DNA from: Amoeboaphelidium protococcarum X5 | Lineage: Eukaryota > Fungi > Aphelidiomycota | Assembly: GCA_023515725.1 (NCBI GenBank) | Contig: JALDTO010000154.1 | Span: forward strand, 1-64,000 | Length of the DNA stretch: 64,000 nucleotides | Direction: 5' to 3' | Part shown: piece after piece, positions 1 through 13,180 of the stretch | How the letters are laid out: each line of letters begins with the position of its first letter | Numbering within the stretch: the stretch's first letter is position 1 | Made by a program: the position numbers and the translations under genes | The notes under the pieces: model-generated | What the model was told of the DNA's origin: nothing | Seen by the model: only the letters and a program-made list of their open reading frames with translations | Database searches by the model: none

Positions 1-129
1 CCCTAACCCTGCCCTAACCCTGCCCTGCTTAACCCTGCCCCTAACCCTGCCCTACCCTGCCTAACCCTGCCCTGCCCTAACCCTGCCTAACCCTGCCCTG
101 CCCTGCCCTGCCCTGCCCTGCTAACCCTG
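1..129 (+). repeat. Telomeric repeat tract (C-rich strand), mixed CCCTAA/CCCTG units
   Basis: Window starts with irregular CCCTAA-like and CCCTG units; a C-rich strand at the 5' end indicates a left chromosome end. Confidence 0.9.
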
Positions 130-2688
130 AATGATGGATAGCATAGTGCAGGTAAGAGGCGTGAAATGGAGGCATCAATTGATGTTCTTCATGAATTATT
201 CAAGGAAGTTTTGTGTCCGCAGAGTAGAAAGCTCAAGTTTTTCACTGAGAATTAGCATTTAGATGATCTATTGACTTATGTATCACCTAAATGCAAGTCT
301 GTCGTCAATTATACGTCCATAGAAAAGTGCCTAAGTGGTAATACGGTGATGAAGTAAGTTTTACTATTGGCATATGTTGAAGACGTTATCAAGGCTTCTT
401 ACTTCACTTTCATCACAGCTATTGATCGTCTTTCTAATGTGTCATCACAATAGATATCTTCTGGTGGTAATTATAACAAGTTGCTGAATATGATGTACGA
501 GCTTTTGGTCAATGTTCCCGAATAAGAGTCTACGGTGCTCACCATGTTGGTGAATAAGTTGAGTGTGAACAACCGAGTACTGACAAGCAAAATCGTTCAT
601 CTCCTGAATACCTTGATATCTCATGACGTACATCCTTAAATGAAGCCTATTGTGATAATAGAGGTGGAGAGATTTTTAGAGTCTAATAAGAATCTGGAGG
701 TGGTGCCTGGTAAGAGAAGTAAAGACGAAATCGATGAGAGACGACACCGTTCCAATTTTTATGCTCTAGTCTTTCTATCTCAAGTCGTGCTATCGTCACA
801 GGAAACTGATATTAAAAGTGCGCGTCATTTAATGCAAATCTATATGCGTTTATTTTAGGTAATTTCAGCGTTTAGTAATGATGGCGCTAATGCTTAGGAA
901 ACATCGGGAGATAATGAGAAAGATAATGGTCTGGTGTAGAAGAAGTAAAAGAAGCGCAAGTATAGAAAGTAAAAGGTTGACAAGAATACTGCTGAGATTT
1001 AGTGCAAGATTATATCAGCAATTTTGACAGGCATAAGAAGAGCTGTTCCTTATGCAATGTTGAAGTTACAGACAGAAAGTGAGAGTCAGTTTGATTTGAA
1101 GAGCAGTAAGCTGTCTAAACATATCGATCATTTGTTTGCCATTATTCATTAGTCCGATGTTGGAATGATGAGTTCTGTGCAAGCATTGTAGATTCTATTA
1201 TAGATTTTGTATCCTCAGGTACAAGCCAAGGGTGGACTCAAAGTTGATGACTCTGCCGCAGTTCTGATGCCGTAATTAGTGTCTCGTTACTTTCGCGCTT
1301 TATACGCTAGCTTATTGGATGGTCGACATGCACTTAGTGGAAAGCATCATGCGATCTATCTCAATGTTCTGTACAAGTCCTTGATACGTGACCAAGACAC
1401 TTTGAGAAGTGTGGCGTTCATTAGGCGTTGCTTGCAGATTTGTCTAGCTGGTCCTCTGTCTGACGATACGGCATTTACGTGCGGAATGCTTGTGATAATT
1501 GGTGAAGTGTTGAAGTAAAAGCCGGAATTACGAACTACTTTGATATAACTCAGCTCGGGTAGTGTTAAGTCTGTTGCTGCTGATATTGGTGATAGTAATG
1601 ATTCATTGGCTCATACTGTATAGATTGACGATGATGAGGATGCCGAGGTATTTCTTGATCGCGATGAAAATGACAATATTGTTGAAGTAGAGGTGGAAGA
1701 GACTCAGAGAGTGAATGCTTTGGTTACTGTTGAGTAGTCTGTTGCAAAGAAGCCTTAGGATTCACTGTATGATCCTGAGTAGCGTTAACCGGAGCACTGT
1801 AATGCGGACTAGCTCGATTTATTCGAATTGATTCCGTTCACAGTGCATCATCATCCGTCTGTGAGGCTGTTTGCAACTATGGTGTTGAACGGACAGGATG
1901 TAAATTACCCATCAGATCCATTAAGAGACTTTACGCTCATCAGATTTCTAGATCGCTTCGTATTTAAGAATCCAAAGTAGATCGGAAGCAGAGATGGTTC
2001 CAATGCAATGGGTGTAAAAGCTCAATCTTCTTCAATCCTTCGTAAAGCTGTCCCGTTGAATCGTGTCCAAGAAGCTCCTGTCAACTCTGCTGAATGGATT
2101 AATTCTAAGAACGGTGGTTCTGATAATTTGGCTGCATCGAATATTCCTGCCGATGAAATGTTTTACCATACCTATTTCAAGCTGAGTGGTAAAGATTAGG
2201 AGATTCTAGAGCGTGCTAATCAGCAGGGTGGAGGCTCTGAATTTGGAGATGATATGAGTATCAATGACGATGAAGTAGACTAGGCTATATTTGCTGCTAC
2301 TGGCTCAAAACGCGATGCTGCAGAGTTTGAAGACGTTGACAGTGATGATTTTGATAGTTCCATCGAGTTTGACGATCACAGTGATGCAATGTCTGATGAC
2401 TCTGCTTCTGTGATTATGGATGGCAATGCTTAGGATGAATGGAGCGACTTTGGCGGTGCCGAAGAATTTGATGAAGAAGATGATTAAAGTATGGATGACG
2501 ACTCTCTACCGGATGGTTTATCGGATTCCAGTGACAGTGAAGATGAACTTGCGCCTCGAAAGAAGCAGAAGAAGAAGTCGACGCCGGTACAATTGCGTAA
2601 TGCAATGAAGAATTTTATGAACTCTTCAGGTACAGCAAAGTCCACATTAAAAAGCGTATTTGCACCTGCTGAAGACTATTTGACGTGA
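130..2688 (+). CDS. MAK21: Mak21/Noc1/CEBPZ (CBF domain) ribosome biogenesis factor, 5'-truncated at the telomere
   Basis: Table-6 frame open from the telomere junction to TGA 2686-2688. Motifs ELFKEVLCPQSRKLKFF, VPEQESTVLTMLVNKL, HHHPSVRLFA, DPLRDFTLIRFLDRFVFKNPK, acidic tail. First in-frame ATG is 166, internal to the conserved region. Confidence 0.85.
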
Positions 2689-2860
2689 AAACTGAAATAT
2701 TGAAATGAACTCTAGTAAATAGGATGAGATTCTTAGCAACGCTATAGTTGAGGTTATTTTTTGCATCTATCACCACACCAGATCTTCGTTTGTCATATTA
2801 AACACTTATCAATTTCTCTACGCATTGGCGTATTATATACTGTATCCCGAAGATAGCAAA

Positions 2861-3730
2861 ATGAGACACGTCGACGAGTACCACAAGTTTATTCAACAGT
2901 AGCGCAACCCATTCTTGGATTCCGACTCTTCTGAAGATGATGACGACGAGGAGGTCAATTAAGTCAGTCACGTACAAGCTGTCAAGTAAAAAATGGAGAT
3001 GCTACTTGCTGAAGCTGACAAATAGAGTAAGCCTTGCTAGCTGTGTCAGTAAAAGACGTAAGAGTTGTAAAATATCAAAAAGCAGCTCGAATCAGTAACT
3101 TCCGCTAACACAGTACTGCAATCGCAAAATGAAGTCACTCAAACGGTGTTCAAGTTGAGCTAAAACTAGTTGAGTAAATTAAATGCCTAGGTTGAAACTC
3201 TTACTAGACAGTGCGCTGAGCAGCAAGGTCTGATTTCATCGCAGGCACAGACGATTTAAGATCAGTCAACCAGGTTGAAACACGTTGAAAAGTTGATAAA
3301 AATAGCTGAGGTTCGCAACTAAAAACTATAATACGAGATTGAAGATAGCCAGGATGCGATTAAAGAGAAAGACACGTGCATTAATACTCTCAATAAGACA
3401 AACGAAAAATATGCAGCAGATTTACTCAGATTGTAAGAGTAGAAAGATGAAGAGATCTCTCTGATCAGAGCGCAGCTTGAAAAAGCGTTAACGGACCTGG
3501 ATCAGGTTCAAGGCGAGAATGTTAGTTTACGAAAATAAGAACAACTACTCAAAGATCATGTCAGCGGCTCTCTTAATATTGATTTTGAAAAGGAGATTGA
3601 GGAGTATAAGAGTTAGATGGATGAAATGGAATAATTGAGACAAGAAGTTGAGCAATTGCGCATCGAAAATCGCAAGGGACGGCGCTTATGCTCCATTATG
3701 GTCCAGGAACTTGACTTGAAACAAGTATGA
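2861..3730 (+). CDS. Hypothetical coiled-coil protein (289 aa)
   Basis: ATG 2861 to TGA 3728-3730, uninterrupted in table 6; Q/E/K-rich heptads. Confidence 0.8.
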
Positions 3731-3751
3731 GTAACAGAATTTAGTTCAAAT

Positions 3752-4637
3752 TCATTACTTTCGATCTTCACATGATATTTTACAATATTGTACCTTGAAC
3801 GGAAGACTTTGCACTTAAAATTCCATTATTTCAACTTTTTCCAATTGACTCTCGCAGAATAGTGATTTACATCCGGTACATGTTCTACACCCAGATGGCT
3901 ATCTCCCTTTATGCGCTACGGTTCCATATTACAAGATTGATCTTCTGCAGAGCTCCTGTAGTGACGGAACATGAGCGCCAGTCAGCAAAATACACTCGGC
4001 TTACAGGAGAGGATTTGGAAACCAGTTGACGCGTTGTAATGATTTCATATCCCTCATTTCAACTGGTAGATATTATAACTCGTTACATCTGACCACTAGA
4101 GTCTATAGTTTACTCAACATTGCAATTTCTTCCGGCAAATAAGTGAGACCATTGTTACCTACACTTAATTAAAATATTTAGAGAAATTATCATTATAGAA
4201 TAACACGTACTTAAGTCAAGATAAACCAAATTAGAAATGGTCCACAATACTGATGAGCTATTCAATATGTTCAGTTTATTCCAACTTAAATCCAACTAAA
4301 TTTTTGGCGTAAAAGAATGATTAGGACAGTAAGATATCAGACAATTTAGAGAGGCCAAATCGTCGGGCAGTTATTCCAGCTCTAAACCACTACATGATGA
4401 ATGAATCAAATCTTCAAGCAAAGGTGTCAAAATCACTTACTTCAAGTTAATGATTTAGGAGCCACTTTCAATGGCATAATTTATAATATCTTGAGGGTCA
4501 GAAGACTCGCAAAAGCTCAACCGTCTACCTTCGATGCGTCTTTAGGATAATCTACTTGGAACACGCTTCCCCTTCACCTACAATTTCACTATTTGCGTCT
4601 ACCCAGAATGAAAACTGCTGATAATTTTAAATGGCAT
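3752..4637 (-). CDS. Leucine-rich-repeat protein with BC-box-like motif and C-terminal Cys cluster (LRRC58-like architecture); introns 4390-4440 and 4159-4210
   Basis: LDLSWNKL, LDLSNNGLTYLPEEI, LVVRCNELQYLP repeats; VPSLQELCRR; CRTCTGC...YCKISC. Both GT..TGTAG introns fall within LRR motifs. Confidence 0.75.
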
Positions 4638-5268
4638 TTTTCCATTCAGTTAATTAATGAGTTTAAGTAAGCTAAATACAGCTTGAATAGATGTAAATAA
4701 ATATGTAGTAATAAGAATGGTATAGATTCACAATTTACTGATCAAACAATGGGATGTTGTTAAGGTGAAACAAAGCGCGCCAGTTTAAAACAAACCGTCT
4801 CGATTGTTAGCTCAAATTAGTCGTTTACTTTATGAGCTAACATCAACGGTGATGGCTTTCATACTAGATATTTATTTATTATGTGTCTCAGTTGTCATCA
4901 AATTCATACTGACTACTCCTTACTGATGTTTTACCCATTACACGGTACCGAATCAATAAAAACCTTCGTTCATGTTCTTGATTACGTCATGTCAGCATAC
5001 AGTCTAAATTAAGTTCACTTATTACATAAACACATTTGACTTAAAATCTAGTTTGATACTCGTCACTCTCTTCTTCTTCTTCAAATCGATTTATCCGTTG
5101 CACTTATAACCATTGGTCCTGCTTATATAATCGTAATCTCTCTGTTAATCGTAACACTCTCGGCTAACCAATCTCTCTCTCTCACTTCAAATGGTAAGCA
5201 GCGAAACGCGCGTCTCTTTCTTCAGCAAATTAACATCATCTACTCACAGAAAGTCATCCAACAAAGAA

Positions 5269-5650
5269 ATGGTTTACGAAGTAAAGTCTGACAGTGAATT
5301 CAAGGAAAAGATCAACTCTGCTGAGATTGTCGTTGTGGACTTCTATGCCACCTGGGTAAGTCTTTTATTTCTAATTGCGTAGTTATAATGTATGATGATT
5401 ATGATTGACATTCTGCGTGTAGTGCGGTCCTTGCAAGTTCATCTCGCCAAAGATTGAAGAGTTTAGCAAGAAGTACACAAAAGCCACGTTCATCAAGGTT
5501 GACGTGGACACTCTGCCAAACATCTCTGCAGAGTACGAGATTCAGGCTATGCCAACCTTCCAGATTTTCAAGAATGGCAAGAAGATTGATGAGGTGATTG
5601 GAGCCGATGCCAACAAGTTGGAAAAGGCGATCTAGAAAGCTGTTGCTTGA
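5269..5650 (+). CDS. TRX: Thioredoxin; intron 5356-5422
   Basis: VVVDFYATW|CGPCK active site split by a GTAAGT..TGTAG intron; AMPTF motif; TGA stop. Confidence 0.95.
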
Positions 5651-6148
5651 ATAGGTTCGCCATAATGGTTGTTCATTCATTTTATGAAAATTTAAATGAA
5701 AAATTATGAAATATTTTGATCATACTGTTCTTGGTGTCATCCTCTTTTGATCTTTACTTGAAGAAATACGGTTGAGTCGTGGCTTACATTGCTCAAAATG
5801 ATAACGTCAATTCAGCCGGTTATTATGGCAATTAAAATTCAATTAATCATCAACTCAACTACATAACTAACTACAGGTATTGCTTGTTCAATTGAGTGCA
5901 CGCTATATTGGGCGACCGTGGCCATAATTGAGTCGTTGGTCAAATTAAACGCGCGCGCGATTCGCTTTTCGTTTCACAAATATGCAAAACGCTCTTGGTT
6001 GTTTCTACTACTAAAAAGTCATACCAACATACATACTCTACTCATAATCCACAGCTTTGTAAAGCTGCAAATACATCTGTAATAATATCATATTGTGTAC
6101 TTAATCTGACTTTTCAATTTGGCATAGTCTGAACACTTGCAGAGTGAT

Positions 6149-8098
6149 ATGATTTACAGTAGAAGTGAGATTGAAGACTATCTTTTGCAGTGCCTCTCTG
6201 ACAATGAAACTGTATTGCTGGGAGAACTGCCTCAGTTTCTAGAGCAAGTAGAGGAAGAGTTGAAGTTTATATGGATGCTGGATGATGTTAAGAGTAATTT
6301 TGTACAACAATGCACTAGTCAAACGGATCAAGTTATTTCTGTGAAAGATGCTGTTGGTTTAATGCTAGAGCTCTGGTAGTCGTCACCGTCTAGAAGTACA
6401 TCTCCAACGTAACAATAGTTGAATCAGTTTCACCAAGAGTAAAACGAGTCTCTCTGTGATGGAGACGGTGATCACCTCGATCCTACTCCACCAACTACTG
6501 GTAAAATCCGAAAGCGTCTATTCACTTCTCCCAACTTGATTTAATTCAAAGAGAATCTTTCGGACAACAGCCAACAACGTAATAGCATTGTCCACTAAAA
6601 GATTGGCTCACATGCAGAAGACGACAACGCAACTTAATATGTTCAAAGTTCTGTTACAGAAGTGAGTGAGTAAAGCTTTTCACTGCACGATCGGTCATCA
6701 CAGTCAAGACTTAAGGTTTATACTAGAAGAGTGCTGCAGCTGGAATAGCTGGTTGAAGAGAAGGAGTATTAGATTCAGGGATTGAATAAGGATGTTCAGG
6801 ACGGGAAGTTGGAGTTGAGTAAATGTAAGGATCAGCTATAGACTCTACAGGGCGAGAAGTAGTAATTAGCAGAAGAACTAAGTCAGTGTCGAGTAAATCT
6901 TGGGAAAATGAAGAAGGAGAATAGGTAGCTCAGTGTAAAAGTCGGGCAATTGATGGAGTCACGCGAGACTTTGAAGCTAGAGCTTAGTGAAAAGAATGAT
7001 GAATTGCAGCGTCTTAGCAAGATGTCTTAGTCTCTTACTGCTGGAGCTACATAGAGGGTCAACAGCGCTGATCAAGTACAAAGATTGAAAGATGAAAATT
7101 CTCGACTGCATGATGAAATTCTCATGTTGTAGAATTAAATCGCTGATACAGATGGGCAGTATGATTCTATCCATCCTATAATGTCTCGTGGTGGTAGAGA
7201 GCCTGCTTTCAGCGAGTTTACATCCGTGTTAGTCCAGAATGTTAACGATGCTGATGATAAAGCTGTTTAGATGCAGCAGCAGTAAGAGCGTATGCAAGAT
7301 ATCATGACTAGATTGAATGGCCCGGAGCTATCCACTATCCATGAATTAATTGAAAAGAATCCAGATTATGCTGATGATTTGATCGAGTGGCTGTCTGGTC
7401 TGAAAGAGGATGTCAATTCTGTGATCAAGGAGATACTTTAAAACGTCAATGATCTACGTCAGAGTAAACGAAAGTATAAGCATAGAGTTCGACTTCTTGA
7501 GAGTGAATGTGAACACCTCAAAGATAAAATTAGTCGACTAGAGTCAGCTGCTTAGTAGAGTCGATCAAGTGCAGTGTCAAGTGTTGGCACTGGTAAGTTC
7601 TCTGATTTGATCGAGTAGAAGAATCAAGAATTGGCCGAATTAAAGTAAAAAGTGTAAGAGTTGACACTGTTGTCATAGTAAAAGAATCTTCATGTTAATG
7701 ATGTTATCCTCAATGATGGCTATGAGACGAGTCGAGAAATGGAAGCCAGAGATGTCTCTAACGTTACTGTTAGTAAGGCGCCAAAGTCTCCTAGAAAGAT
7801 TAAAATTAGTCCCAAAAAGACTCCAGCTCGTATTCTATTCAAGCAACATACACAATCTCTATCTCTCTTGAATAAAGTTGCCTACCTCTTAGCTGGGACG
7901 CTGGCAGGTGTTGTTTTGCTATTTGTGTTAATGAGTTACAGAGATGCCGTGCAACTTTCTCAGTCCTATGAAGACTCTATATTCTACGATAATGTCTTTG
8001 ACAAGGTTGACTCTGTATTTATTTCACAAGAAGATAAAGACGGCTTCTATTTCCAACTGATGTCTTTAATGTATAAAGTGCTCCCTTTTATGCAGTGA
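6149..8098 (+). CDS. Long coiled-coil protein with a C-terminal transmembrane helix
   Basis: 649-aa table-6 ORF; extended heptads; hydrophobic VAYLLAGTLAGVVLLFVLM near the C-terminus. Confidence 0.75.
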
Positions 8099-8200
8099 TT
8101 GAAATTAATGTTTATAAAAAATTTGCTTCTTTATATTAATACTAATGCTAAATGTTCACTGTAACCAATCATCAAATCAATAGAGCTTTAGTACGCACGA

Positions 8201-9172
8201 TCATAACTGACACTGAGAATATAGGTCAGGATCAACAGTTGCCAAATTGCTAAAGAAACGCCTCATAATGGAAACATAAGAGTATAGTATCACCGATGCC
8301 AGCTGAGATACATCAAAAGTGGAAGATGATTGGGCCTTGAGTATGCATCTAAAATAATGCTTCCTAGCACTTTAATGCCCGCAAGAGAATCCCAAAGCAC
8401 TACAGAAAGGGGCGCCAATGGATAGCAGAACAATGTTCATCAATATGCGACTCATTCGTCCATTGCCATCTACAAATGGATGTATAGACACAAATTTGAA
8501 CGAGAACTCGGCAGCCAAATGAATGCCACAAAGCCAATTATCAGCATCAATTTCCGAGTTCTTCAGGTTCAACTTGGCCAATTTCTGACCAAACTCCCCC
8601 ATTAAATTCTTCATAGACTGCGGCACTAAATCTGGTGCAAAAAACTGATGAGTACCAGCACACGCATTTACATTTCTGTACTGACCAGGTTCAGATATCA
8701 AACCATTCATTAATATGTGATGAGCATTCTTCATTAAGTTCTCATCCAACAGGCACCGTTTCACAATGACGCGATCATAAAGATAGAGAAACGCGTCAAC
8801 GTGCTGAGTAACTTCAGCTCTACGTCTTTAATCCGCTTCACTTTAGATTGATGAAGCTTGAATGTCTGCAAGTATTAGACAACTGTCATCAGAAGTCCGA
8901 ATTGATGCTAGCGTCTCGAGATGCTGAGACACTAAAGAACAAGTTTCTTCAAATGCAAGTCCAGACTTTTCTATATAATTGGAAAAGTACACGGCACATT
9001 TAAGATTCCATTAGAATTAAGATTATTACTAAGCTGCAGCAACTTAATTTGGCTTATCAGCAGTAATATATATCATCTTTTTATACGCATTTTGTAATCT
9101 CATGCTTTCAGAAACGATTGCACTCAACGCGCCCTCCTTTTCCCACACCATAGCTGTGAATAAATGAGACAT
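8201..9172 (-). CDS. Fic/Fido-domain AMPylase (323 aa)
   Basis: Canonical HPFVDGNGRMSR motif, PGQYR flap and upstream SNYIEK inhibitory-helix-like motif; no introns. Confidence 0.9.
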
Positions 9173-9408
9173 TATAGAGTTATAAACAATTACTTTGTTC
9201 AGAAACAATGGAACTAGCTGGATAATAGAATGGAATGAATTTGGCTGATGACCAAAATTCCAGCGTCTCAAAAAGCAGATCAAGATGAAAATTTCGTTTC
9301 ACCCAATAGTCTTTAAAACTCCGCGTGGATCCTTTTCGAAAATTCGTGTATTTTTTGTTGGGTTTTTCGTAACGGCAATATCATAAAATTAGGTGATATC
9401 ACAATACA

Positions 9409-10053
9409 ATGGGACGATTTTCGACTAGTAAGTAATCTTAGTCTCCGTATATCGCTAGGAAAGCGTAGATGCTTATGGAAGAGGATGATCCTAATAGTAC
9501 CTAGATATAAGGTTTTAAAGTTGCTGAGCGTGGTATACTATCTCCAAGGCGGACGTCGGTTTTCAAGAAGATATAATCGTCATTAGCTTTATCAGCGCAG
9601 CGATTGGCCGTATTCAAATCTCCTGAATATAAACGACATCGTGATGAAGCAGGTATCGCAGAAGCAGATGTCACAGTGACTCCGATGGGATTGTTGAGAA
9701 CGGCGTTGGATCCGCAGTTTCGAGAATCGAGACTTGGTGATCGATGGAGATTCATTGAGGGATGTAATGATAAAACTGATGCTGCAGCCCTATTTGATCG
9801 AGCGGATACAGGAACGTCTTTATAATAAGCTTCGCCCGGGTCATAGTATCATTAATAATAATAGCTGACTAATGGAGGTAGTAAGTTGCGGCATTTTGTC
9901 ACTGCTGAGCCGTAAAATTTATAAGATATGCTCTCTCATAGTAAATATGTCAAGCCAAAGTAGAAAAGTCGAAGTAAAAGAACATCAAGCGCAGCTAGAG
10001 CGCCTCTTAGAAGAAGTAAAAGGCTGAGGAATAAGCAACTAAAGCTGAAGTGA
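9409..10053 (+). CDS. Hypothetical protein with basic C-terminus
   Basis: ATG 9409 to TGA 10051-10053 in table 6; tail RRSKRLRNK resembles an NLS. Confidence 0.65.
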
Positions 10054-10124
10054 CTAATTATGATGATTTGTTGTTTGCAATTTAATTTAGTATGATGAGA
10101 TTAAGATTGTATTTCTATTTAATG

Positions 10125-12998
10125 TCAAAAGTAAATAGTGTCTCGTTATATGTAGGCAGATTTAGCAACTTCTCCGCCAGTGTATAGATAGACTTGCTCC
10201 AGCTTTAATTGCTTATCAGCAACTAGGTAGATTTCCAACATGTCTCGACCAAAGACACAAAAATGACAGTCGACGCATATTATACGCTAAGCAACGCTAT
10301 TCCACTGGCCAGACGTTAATACTTTGAATGGATTATTAGAATCAACCACCACGTATTAGTGTTGAAAAGTTAGAATAAAAATAGACTCTTTGGCAATAGG
10401 AAACATTCCCAAAGGATGAACCAGGCCATCATCACTCCCTGATTAGTGTTGGATAGATTAACTGGACAATGTCTCCAAATCTATCAGTTCATACCCTTGA
10501 ACAGTGCCAACCAAAACGGATTCCATACCATTTTTAATCGGCATAAAATCGAATGCTGTGGACTATATTGGTATCTCCAATCTTTAGAAGCATTCATAAT
10601 TATGTGACACTTGATCAGACTTGAGAATATTCTTCAGACTACCAAGACTAAAAGCCTGATTAGCACCACTTTACATTCTTTTATACAATTTAATATAAGT
10701 ATGCAATAGACCAGTTCTAACTACAGCTACAGCAATTTACTTTCGTATCAAGCCAATAGAGAAGAAGCTGCATTTGTTACTGATAACTTCACTTGATAGA
10801 TCAAACTGAGGATCATCATGATAATCACCATAGGCCATGGCCTGTTGCAATGAAACCACTGTCAATGTTAAGAGTTTACTTCCACTCAGCATTAAAATAA
10901 GCTTCCAATCTTCAACGTATTATAGCTATGTAACATCAGTAAACTGAGTAAAGTTTCGAGCATCACGTCCATCTGAGACTATAAATCCACCTTAATGCCC
11001 AAAAATGATCATATGACGATAATTACTGTCATTAGGAGACGGAATACAGACAGAGCATTATAACTCTTCAATATCCTAATGGATGTCATACTCTTCTTAG
11101 ATGCTTTTAATACCAAACGCTTTTTATTAAAAATTTTCACATTGAGAAATTGATCTCTAAATGAATTCAATCCACTTCTAGGCATCTAGTTCAGATCTAG
11201 TAGTAAATTTGAGTCTCTAGCTGTACCTACCATGTACCATTAATTCAAAAGATTTCCCTTCCTCTTCTTAATAATTACCATCACTCTATGACACCACATT
11301 GCCTTAGCTTATAGATCGCAACAAATCTCGCGTTCTCTATATTCCTTCACCAGTACCTGTACTCTTGCGTCGTCCAAATGCACCTAAAGGTATCTTTAGT
11401 CCATTATCGGATACTTGCAATAGACTATTGGATCTCTAGCGAAACTCCGCAGCTTCCAAAACTTTCTCCTGAGAGACGATTACAGATATAAGATATATCG
11501 GTACTGGTCTATAACATATCACATACTAACCATCTACAACGCGATAAACTAAAAGAGCATTATCCACCAGCAACAGAGATACTTCAGAATAAGAACCACC
11601 TAATCGCAGCGACACGCAACCATCTCTTAGTATCACTCTGTCGCCTGATTAGAGTTGAAGCATATCAGAATAATCAGAAAATGAAGCAGACTACTAAATA
11701 GCCTCTGATAATCTCTTCAACTTCATTTTTTATTCAGCCAACGCAAAACTTGTATCCATTTAATTTAAAACTTATTTCAGGCGGGCAATAGAATTCTACA
11801 GCTACTCAACTTCTTCTTCGTCCTCATCGCCGCTCCTCCGTACAATAGAAGATAGGAGTAAAGGATACCTAGCAAGACGAGTAGTTGGTCTGAGGAGAAA
11901 AGAGTTTAGAGATAATTTCCGACTCTCTGGCAGACGTTATATCCTGTTACAGAAGGAATCAAATGCGGGATTGCTCAGCTTTTGTCTCCGCACTATATCC
12001 TAAGCAATACATACATTCTTGCCATAAGCCAGATAACACTCTCTGCATTCCATACTAAATTTGCTGACGATACTGCCCACAGATTTTATAAAATGGCTTT
12101 TCTAATAAAGTGCATTCAACTGCTGGAGGAATCGCTCATTTACCCAAATTACCTATTCAAGATTGCCAAACACATTCTATATAAAATCATGACACTCTTC
12201 CTCCGCCATAACATTAGACTGCAATAGCTATGTGATGTACAAGTTATTTATCAAGTGCAGATCAGCGACGTACTCACGCTCAGTCCTGATGAGTTCATAT
12301 ATCGCCTCTTGCCTGTTACGTTCATTCATTGACACTTAGCGGAGAAGAGTTCCATCCACCATAGAACTCCACGTATCATCCTGAGATATCACACTTTATA
12401 CAGGGGATGAGTAAGAGGCACTGCGGCAATCATAAGAGTAACATTGACACTGCGAATTATTAGTATTCTAATCATTACGTTTATCGCTATTAGTAATCAA
12501 GGAACACGATGGAGAATAGCATGGAGTGAGGGACATAATAACACCTTAAGGGAGCGGGCTCTACTTTTTGATAAAACTTTTACATGCAGGACCATCGACA
12601 TAAGATACTAAATCACCACCATCGATACCATTTACACTCGTTTAAATCTCCTGCTAATAGTTACCATAATCGCTCAAGTCGCGACACTAAACAATACTTC
12701 TCCGCTGCAACCTATCATACACCCTTAAATTTACTCTAAGGTAATCATTATTGTTGCTGACCTTTATAAGGAATCCTTCATTCAATAGCCGTTGAAATAT
12801 TCTTTACGCCTAGCGATTAATACTGATCCTCTGCTGTTAAATGTCGTTCTGAAGTTCAATTAAATGACTATTCTGACTTAAGCTTTACGATAAAACTTTA
12901 ATAATTTACTCCTCACTGAATCCCTCATCATCCTATAAATATACTTTATATAACTGATGGGCATATAGAGACAACCTCCAAAGAGATGATTATGTCAT
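10125..12998 (-). CDS. ROM2: Rom2/Rgf1-type Rho GEF (DH-PH-CNH)
   Basis: PCYSPSC and CYSYDC motifs; ERNRQEAIYELIRTEREYVADL (DH start); LNSFLLRPTTRLARYPLLL; CNH-like C-terminus; 957 aa. Confidence 0.8.
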
Positions 12999-13180
12999 CC
13001 TTTAACACTGGCACGATTTGAGTAATTTGAATGAAACATCTCAAGACAAAGAAGGCGGATTAACGAAGTAAAGTATTCATGGAAAAATAAAGAACACAGT
13101 GATTAAAGTAAAGTATTATCAAAGAAGCGAAATTGACAAATAATTATAATATGAGTCTGCGTGTAGAGGTAGTCAAATAT

